From an uncultured Bifidobacteriaceae bacterium (GTDB taxonomy: Bacteria > Acidobacteriota > Vicinamibacteria > Vicinamibacterales > CAVVIG01), in the NCBI GenBank assembly GCA_964497175.1, contig CAZCEL010000106.1, positions 1 through 12,243 of the forward strand: a stretch of 12,243 nt of DNA, given 5' to 3'. A program made the translations under genes and the position numbers. This document shows positions 7,619 to 12,243 of the stretch, in pieces; position 1 is the stretch's first letter, and each line of letters opens with the position of its first letter. The notes beneath the pieces are model-generated. The model saw nothing but the letters and a program-made list of their open reading frames with translations, searched no databases and was not told where the DNA came from.

Positions 7619-7714
7619 TGCTCGCCATGAGCGAGCCCTGCCGTCAGGCGAGTCGAACGTGCTCGCCATGAGCGAGCGAGCCCCCCCGCCCTGCGGTCAG
7701 GCGAGTCGAATGTG
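7619..7714. repeat. Two adjacent direct repeat units (43 and 55 nt), each with a GCTCGC-CATGA-GCGAGC hairpin followed by a conserved tail cctgcNgtcaggcgagtcgaaYgtg
   Basis: Unit 1, ~7619-7661: tgctcgccatgagcgagccctgccgtcaggcgagtcgaacgtg. Unit 2, ~7660-7714: tgctcgccatgagcgagc[gagcccccccgc]cctgcggtcaggcgagtcgaatgtg. The first 18 nt are identical. The 25-nt tail has 2 mismatches. Unit 2 has a 12-nt C-rich insertion. The region is intergenic, 5' of gene 6595..7590 on the minus strand. Confidence 0.6.
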
Positions 7715-7896
7715 CCTGTTTAAACCTGCGGTCATCGGCGTCGGATTGGGGATTGTCGCACAGGCTCATCGCCGATCGCATCGTCCGGAGTCGAGCGGCG
7801 TGGCGAGGCGCGTTCTACCTTCCGTCAGCCGACTATATCTGGCCGCATACGATGAACCGGAAGGTCCGTGCTGCGCATCGGGCATCCCGCTGGTTC

Positions 7897-8352
7897 TTAG
7901 CGCCCTTGGTCAATAACCCGCATTTCCAGCCCTTTTGGCGCCACGAGCCTGCTCCCTTGGTCCGCCCCGTCCTGTTGCCCTGTAAGGAAGGTCAGACCGT
8001 CGACGCCCGATTTCCGCACCGCATCCATAACCTCAACGACGCGTGCAAACGGAACGCGAGCGTCGGCTTTGATGTAAAGCGTCTTGTCCTTCCTGGTGGA
8101 TAGAAGGCTCCTCACCCTGTCCGCGAGATCAGGCGTTGAGAGTCGATTGGCGTTTAGATACGTGGTGCCGTCGGCAGTCAGCGCCACGACCAGGGCGTCT
8201 CGTGTGTCCGCGTTCGGCACCGCGACTGCATTGCTCGTGACGGGCAGCTGAACACTGACGCCCCGCTGTAACGGGACTGACTGCGCAGAGACCGCGCCGG
8301 GAACGGTAGTCATCATGAGTGAGACTAGACACGCGTGTAATCCGCGATTCAT
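7897..8352 (-). CDS. ExbD/TolR-like periplasmic-domain protein with a signal-peptide-like N-terminus (151 aa)
   Basis: ATG at 8352 with AAAGGAGG 6 nt upstream. DALVVALTADGTTYLNANRLSTPDLADRVRSLLSTRKDKTLYIKADARVPFARVVEVMDAVRKSGVDGLTFLT aligns well by eye with E. coli ExbD (VYLSVKADNSMFIGNDPVTDETMITALNALTEGKKDTTIFFRADKTVDYETLMKVMDTLHQAGYLKIGLV). The N-terminus MNRGLHACLVSLMMTTVPGAVSAQS is short and lacks the conserved transmembrane Asp of ExbD/TolR. Confidence 0.7.
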   Translation of the reverse strand: MNRGLHACLVSLMMTTVPGAVSAQSVPLQRGVSVQLPVTSNAVAVPNADTRDALVVALTADGTTYLNANRLSTPDLADRVRSLLSTRKDKTLYIKADARVPFARVVEVMDAVRKSGVDGLTFLTGQQDGADQGSRLVAPKGLEMRVIDQGR

Positions 8353-8382
8353 GAGCTGCCTCCTTTCGACTGACCGTCTAGT

Positions 8383-9315
8383 CTAGCCCGTGGTTTCCGT
8401 CGCACCGCCGCCGGTCAATCGCTGCTGCTGCAGAGCGGCTGCACCCATGAGTCCACCCATTCCCATCGATTCCACCGCGCTGCTCGGGATGAGCATGAGC
8501 GCGCCCTTTTCTTTCAGGCCTTCGTACAGCATGTTCATGGCGCGCAGGTGCAGTGCGGTCGGGTTGTCACGGTACGCCTTGGCCGCCTCCTGGAAGGAAT
8601 TGGCGATCTCCAGTTCCGCTTGGCCCAGAATGATGCGCGCCTGCTTTTCGCGCGCCGCCTGCGCCTCCCGCGACATGGCGTCCTGCAGGGCGCCGGGAAT
8701 GACGACGTCACGCATCTCGACGGAGGAGACCGTCACGCCCCACGGGTTTGACCGCTGATCGATCAGGTGCTGCAGCTCGGTCTCGATGCGCTCGCGCCCA
8801 CGGAGCAGCTCGGTCAATGTGGTTCGGCCAATGATGTCACGCAGCGCGGTTTGGGCCGCCCAACTGATCGCCTGGGTGTAGTCCTGAACCTCGAGGGCTG
8901 CTTTCTGCACGTCGTGCACAAGCCAGAAGAGCACCGCGTCGACGTTCACCGGCACGGTGTCCGATGTCAACGTCTGTTCGGCGGCAAAGCTGGTGGTGAT
9001 CGTCCGTTGGTCGACCCAGGCCGAGACGCGATCCACGAAAGGGACGATCCAGAAGAGCCCAGGGCCGCGCAACCCGGCAAACCGGCCCAGCCGCAGGACG
9101 ACCGCACGCTCCCATTGCTGCGCGATTTTGGGCGATTGCATCAGCACGAAGCCGAGCACCGCTGTCGCAATCAGGGCGGATGGGTTCCGTGTAAGGGCGA
9201 ACGCCACCCCGCCGGGCGCAAGAACGACCAGCAGCACCATGATTGCGACGACGTTGAGCGGCGCGTCTCTTCGCGCGGCATCGTCCGAACGACGACCGAA
9301 CACGACGGGGGTCAT
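8383..9315 (-). CDS. SPFH/band-7 (stomatin/prohibitin-like) membrane protein (310 aa)
   Basis: The ATG at 9313-9315 immediately follows the GntR TGA stop (TGAATG), and AAGGAGGA lies within the last GntR codons. Two N-terminal hydrophobic segments are followed by IAQQWERAVVLRLGRF...WIVPFVDRV...VDQRTITTSF...RDVVIPGALQDAMSREAQAAREKQARIILGQAELEIA, the canonical SPFH core. Confidence 0.9.
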   Translation of the reverse strand: MTPVVFGRRSDDAARRDAPLNVVAIMVLLVVLAPGGVAFALTRNPSALIATAVLGFVLMQSPKIAQQWERAVVLRLGRFAGLRGPGLFWIVPFVDRVSAWVDQRTITTSFAAEQTLTSDTVPVNVDAVLFWLVHDVQKAALEVQDYTQAISWAAQTALRDIIGRTTLTELLRGRERIETELQHLIDQRSNPWGVTVSSVEMRDVVIPGALQDAMSREAQAAREKQARIILGQAELEIANSFQEAAKAYRDNPTALHLRAMNMLYEGLKEKGALMLIPSSAVESMGMGGLMGAAALQQQRLTGGGATETTG

Positions 9316-9699
9316 TCATCCTCCTTGTCGCTGATACCCGCGAAGCGCTCCGATCACCTCGTCGACGGTGAACCCGACGGCGTCGGCTTGGGCGAGCACG
9401 CGCGTCACGAAGCCGCGCAGCCGGCGTTCTCGTTCGCGTGGCGGGTGGGCCTGGGCCGGTGACGCGGCAATGAAGGAGCCGACGCCGCGCTTGGTTTCAA
9501 TCACCCCTGCGCGTTCAAGCTCGGCGTAGACACGGGCGACGGTGTTGGCGTTGATCTGGAGCTCGACCGCGAGCTGTCGGACCGTGGGCAGTTGGTCGCC
9601 GGGGCGGAGACGAGTGGTCGCGATCGCCGCACGGAACCCGCGTTCCAGCTGCGCGTATATCGGCGTGGGGTCGCCCGAGTCGATGGTGACCAGGGACAT
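9316..9699 (-). CDS. GntR-family transcriptional regulator, short YtrA-like subfamily (127 aa)
   Basis: Winged-HTH signature LPTVRQLAVELQINANTVARVYAELERAGVIETKRGVGSFI, followed by a short (~50 aa) C-terminal domain typical of the YtrA subfamily. The ATG at 9697-9699 has no SD and is immediately flanked by a 30-bp palindrome. Confidence 0.85.
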   Translation of the reverse strand: MSLVTIDSGDPTPIYAQLERGFRAAIATTRLRPGDQLPTVRQLAVELQINANTVARVYAELERAGVIETKRGVGSFIAASPAQAHPPRERERRLRGFVTRVLAQADAVGFTVDEVIGALRGYQRQGG

Positions 9700-9700
9700 T

Positions 9701-9730
9701 ACTAATGAACTAGTACACTAGGTCATTAGT
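9701..9730. promoter_or_regulatory. 30-bp AT-rich near-perfect palindrome (14-bp arms, 2-bp centre, 1 mismatch): putative GntR/YtrA-type operator
   Basis: ACTAATGAACTAGT-AC-ACTAGGTCATTAGT. The reverse complement of the right arm is ACTAATGACCTAGT, versus left arm ACTAATGAACTAGT. It starts 1 nt from the GntR start codon, within a ~95-nt AT-rich divergent intergenic region in an otherwise 68% GC window. The core cTAGT-ac-ACTAg fits the GntR-family t.GT-N-AC.a operator logic. Confidence 0.5.
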
Positions 9731-9743
9731 ATAAGTCAAGGCT

Positions 9744-9778
9744 TTGACAGGCCAGGGTCCTTCTGCATAGTCTATGCA
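9744..9778 (+). promoter_or_regulatory. Candidate sigma70-like promoter for the TetR gene (-35 TTGACA at 9744-9749; -10 TAGTCT/ATAGTC at ~9767-9773) overlapped by a 15-bp perfect palindrome TGCATAG-T-CTATGCA (9764-9778): putative TetR operator
   Basis: TTGACA is followed by a 17-18 nt spacer to a TANNNT-type -10. The palindrome has 7-bp perfect arms and covers the -10 and the predicted TSS. The TetR ATG at 9794 has no SD, consistent with a very short leader. Confidence 0.4.
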
Positions 9779-9793
9779 CTTATTTCATAACTC

Positions 9794-10438
9794 ATGAACT
9801 CAAGTGCCCGCGTCGGCACACGCCAACGGACCCGGCTCGCAATCCTCGAGGCCATGGTCGACGTGATCATGGAGACAGACGGGATCGGCTTTTCGGTTCA
9901 GGCAGTAGCTGACCGGGCAGGGGTGACGCACCGCACCATCTACAACCACTTCCCGACGCGCGAGGCTCTCTGCGACGCGTTCTCGGACTACGTGGACGAG
10001 TTGTTGGGGGCGAGCAGCGGGAGGCCTGAGCCCACCTGGTCGCTGGCGTCGCTCCAGATCCTCGTCAAAGATCTCTATGGGATGCTGGCGCTGCGCGATC
10101 GCCACGCCCGCGCGTACGTGATGCTGATGATCGGGAACCGCCGGCCGATGAGGGCCTGGCGCAATCGCTCGCTGATGGCCGAGAAGCTCATCGCACGCGA
10201 GCAGTCCGGCCCAACGTCCCTCACGCCGCGGCAGGTCACCGCGGCCATTCGGATGTTCGTCTCGGCGATGGGCTGGCATCTGCTGACCGAGCAGTGCGGA
10301 CTGTCCACCGAAGAGGCGGCCGCAACCAGCGCCTGGGCCACCCGAACACTGCTCGATGCCGCCATCGCCAAGCGCACCGCCACGCCGTCCCGTTCCTCGC
10401 AAGGAGGCGCCAATGCGACACGACGTCGCCCAGGTTGA
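9794..10438 (+). CDS. TetR/AcrR-family transcriptional regulator (214 aa)
   Basis: N-terminal HTH RTRLAILEAMVDVIMETDGIGFSVQAVADRAGVTHRTIYNHFPTREAL. A ~150-aa C-terminal ligand-binding-type domain follows. It sits immediately upstream of a putative antibiotic-modifying enzyme gene. Confidence 0.85.
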   Translation: MNSSARVGTRQRTRLAILEAMVDVIMETDGIGFSVQAVADRAGVTHRTIYNHFPTREALCDAFSDYVDELLGASSGRPEPTWSLASLQILVKDLYGMLALRDRHARAYVMLMIGNRRPMRAWRNRSLMAEKLIAREQSGPTSLTPRQVTAAIRMFVSAMGWHLLTEQCGLSTEEAAATSAWATRTLLDAAIAKRTATPSRSSQGGANATRRRPG

Positions 10439-12243
10439 GGTCCCGTCCATGTCCAGTCTTCTCGCACTCGATGCCGCCATTGACGCCGGTGTTTGCGGGC
10501 ACAAGGCGGCGACGCTCGCCATGTTGCGGAATCTCGGGTTCGAGGTCCCCGACGGCTTCGTGATTCCGGCCGGCGTCCAGCCGACGCGCGATGACATCGC
10601 GGCCGCGCTCGCCCGACTCGGCCATGGGCCGGTGGCCGTTCGATCATCCGGTCTGGCGGAGGATCTGCCCGACGCGTCGTTCGCCGGGCAATACGAGACG
10701 CTGCTGAACGTGCGGGGGACCGAGGCCGTACTGCATGCCGCGGCGGCCTGCGTGGCGTCGGCACATGACGGACGCGTCGAGAGCTACGGCTATGGGGCCC
10801 GCCCGATGGCGGTTCTCGTGCAGCGGATGGTTGAGGCGGAGGTGTCCGGTGTCGCCTTCTCTGCCAATCCGCTCACCGGCAACCGCGACGAGGTGCGCGT
10901 GAGTGCCACTCGAGGTCTTGGAGACCAGCTCGTGAGCGGCGGCGTCGATGCGGACGAGTGGCTCGTCACCCATGAGCGCGCAAGGGTGATCGCGCAGCCG
11001 CAGAAGGCCATTGGGCCGGAGGTCGCGCGGCGCGTGGCCGCGCTCGCGCGGAAAGCCGAGGCGGCTCGCCGCGCGCCGCAGGACGTCGAGTGGGCCGTCG
11101 CGGGCGATCGGCTCTGGCTGCTGCAGTCGCGGCCCATTACGGCACTGCCGATTGCCCCTGACATCGACGTCCCGAAAGGCTCGTGGCAGAAGGATGCGGC
11201 CCACTTCGCCGAGCCGCTGTCCCCATTTACCGCCAGTCTCATGTTTCACAGCGCGGACCAGTTCCTCGCCGATGCCATTGCGACGTGGGGGTTGCTGCCC
11301 GATAGCTTGGAACTCAGGGTGATTGGCCACGAAGCGTACCTCCACATCGAACCTGATGACGGGGGAAAGAACCCGCCACCATGGTGGCTGCTCGGTCTTC
11401 TAGCTCGCGTCGTTCCCGCGATGCGCCGCAAGCTGCGGGCGGCCGACGTGGCGGTTCGTGGGGGATGGCTCGAGACGATCCCGGTCAAATGGGACTCCGA
11501 AGACCGGTCTCGTCTGCGGCGCGAGATCGGAGAGTACGCCGCAGTGGACCTCGCCGCCCTGGACGAGGCGGCGCTGTTTCTGCACCTCGAGGACCTGAAG
11601 GTCTTTTATGCCCGGTGTCTGCAACTGCACTTCACGCTGTTCATACCGCACACGGTGGGCCTGTACGAGCTGGCGGTCGCGTGCGAGGAACTGCTCGGCT
11701 GGGACCTGCAGAAGACGATCGGGCTGCTGCAAGGGCTGTCGAATACGTCGACGGCTTCGACAGACGAGCTCGCTGCGCTCGCTCGTCGCGCAGGCCAGCG
11801 GAGCGCAACCCGACAACTGCTGCTCGAGAGAACGCCGGACATCCTGAAGCGACTCGACGACACCGATCCGCCAGTTGCTCACGAACTCCGTCAGTACCTT
11901 CAATTCTGGGGGCTACGTCCTCTTGGTCCAGAGGCGGGCTGTCCGACGGTGGCGGACCAACCGCACCTCGTGGCGGACGTGATCGCTGATCTCCTGAGCG
12001 AGGATGGGCAGCGCGACCTGTCGGCGGCCAGAGTGGCACTCGTGGAGGAGGCGCGAACGCAGTTGAGTGGACCCGCCCGTCAACGGTTCGATGCGGCTCT
12101 CGCGTACGCCGAGCGCGTGTATCCGCTGCGGGAGGACAACGTGCTCCTCACCGATCAGCTTCCGACGGGCCTCCTTCGGCGCGTCGCCCTTGAAGCGGGG
12201 CGGCGGCTGGTCGGCCTGGGGCTGGTGGGGCGCGCCGAGGACG
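10413..12243 (+). CDS. PEP-utilising enzyme family protein with N-terminal PPDK_N ATP-grasp domain; rifampin phosphotransferase (RPH)-like. At least 610 aa are in the window; the 3' end is truncated by the window edge.
   Basis: ATG at 10413 preceded by a perfect AAGGAGG (10401-10407). An alternative ATG lies at ~10449. VCGHKAATLAMLRNLGFEVPDGFVIP, VAVRSSGLAEDLPDASFAGQYETLLNV, VSGVAFSANPLTGNRDEVRVSATRGLGDQLVSGGVD and QDVEWAVAGDRLWLLQSRPITALP match the PPDK_N/RPH ATP-grasp motifs; compare the GGKxxNLG, RSSATAEDLPxASFAGQ and QDIEW...QSRPITTL motifs of rifampin phosphotransferases. No stop codon occurs before the window end. Confidence 0.75.
   Translation, partial: MRHDVAQVEVPSMSSLLALDAAIDAGVCGHKAATLAMLRNLGFEVPDGFVIPAGVQPTRDDIAAALARLGHGPVAVRSSGLAEDLPDASFAGQYETLLNVRGTEAVLHAAAACVASAHDGRVESYGYGARPMAVLVQRMVEAEVSGVAFSANPLTGNRDEVRVSATRGLGDQLVSGGVDADEWLVTHERARVIAQPQKAIGPEVARRVAALARKAEAARRAPQDVEWAVAGDRLWLLQSRPITALPIAPDIDVPKGSWQKDAAHFAEPLSPFTASLMFHSADQFLADAIATWGLLPDSLELRVIGHEAYLHIEPDDGGKNPPPWWLLGLLARVVPAMRRKLRAADVAVRGGWLETIPVKWDSEDRSRLRREIGEYAAVDLAALDEAALFLHLEDLKVFYARCLQLHFTLFIPHTVGLYELAVACEELLGWDLQKTIGLLQGLSNTSTASTDELAALARRAGQRSATRQLLLERTPDILKRLDDTDPPVAHELRQYLQFWGLRPLGPEAGCPTVADQPHLVADVIADLLSEDGQRDLSAARVALVEEARTQLSGPARQRFDAALAYAERVYPLREDNVLLTDQLPTGLLRRVALEAGRRLVGLGLVGRAED

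Noticed and set aside
7817-7865. 8-bp inverted repeat ACCTTCCG ... CGGAAGGT downstream of the ExbD-like gene
   Set aside because: The 33-nt spacer is too long for an intrinsic terminator stem-loop and there is no U-tract. It might be a protein-binding site but I have nothing to support that.
2263-11989. Many long ORFs in the track on the opposite strand or in alternative frames of the called genes (for example 2263..3729+, 3811..4677-, 3828..4967+, 4913..5833-, 5062..5799+, 6805..7671+, 7221..7916+, 8767..9462+, 10075..10764-, 10644..11345-, 11381..11989+, 11400..11903-)
   Set aside because: Their translations are Arg/Pro/Gly-rich and low-complexity, typical of out-of-frame or antisense reading of high-GC coding DNA. 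Each overlaps a gene with clear family signatures and a good RBS.
1-12243. Looked for tRNA/rRNA genes, CRISPR arrays, IS elements/transposases, integrases and phage genes
   Set aside because: No cloverleaf-like conserved tRNA motifs, no regularly spaced short repeats, and no transposase/integrase-like ORFs. The only repeats are the two-unit hairpin repeat at 7619-7714 and the operator palindromes.

Overview
This is a high-GC (~68%) bacterial chromosomal window with no rRNA, tRNA, CRISPR or obvious mobile element. From 5' to 3' it contains: (1) on the minus strand, the 5' part of a secreted PQQ-dependent dehydrogenase, preceded by a secreted LecA/PA-IL-like lectin-domain gene. (2) A divergently transcribed two-gene ABC-2 type transporter: an ATPase with a C-terminal extension, and a NatB-like permease whose ATG overlaps the ATPase stop (ATGA). 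(3) Three minus-strand genes for signal-peptide proteins. One is a PSCyt1-like mono-heme (CXXCH) cytochrome domain fused to a His-rich domain that may be a copper-monooxygenase-like fold. (4) A pair of hairpin-containing tandem direct repeats in an intergenic region. (5) A minus-strand operon of a short YtrA-like GntR regulator, an SPFH/band-7 (stomatin-like) protein and an unusual secreted ExbD/TolR-like domain protein. (6) An AT-rich divergent control region carrying a 30-bp near-perfect palindrome and a separate 15-bp perfect palindrome. (7) A TetR regulator followed by a rifampin-phosphotransferase-like PEP-utilising (PPDK_N ATP-grasp) enzyme that runs off the 3' edge. CDS coordinates are anchored to the supplied ORF track. 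Nucleotide-motif coordinates were read by hand and could be off by 1-2 nt. Family assignments come from motif recognition by eye, not database searches.
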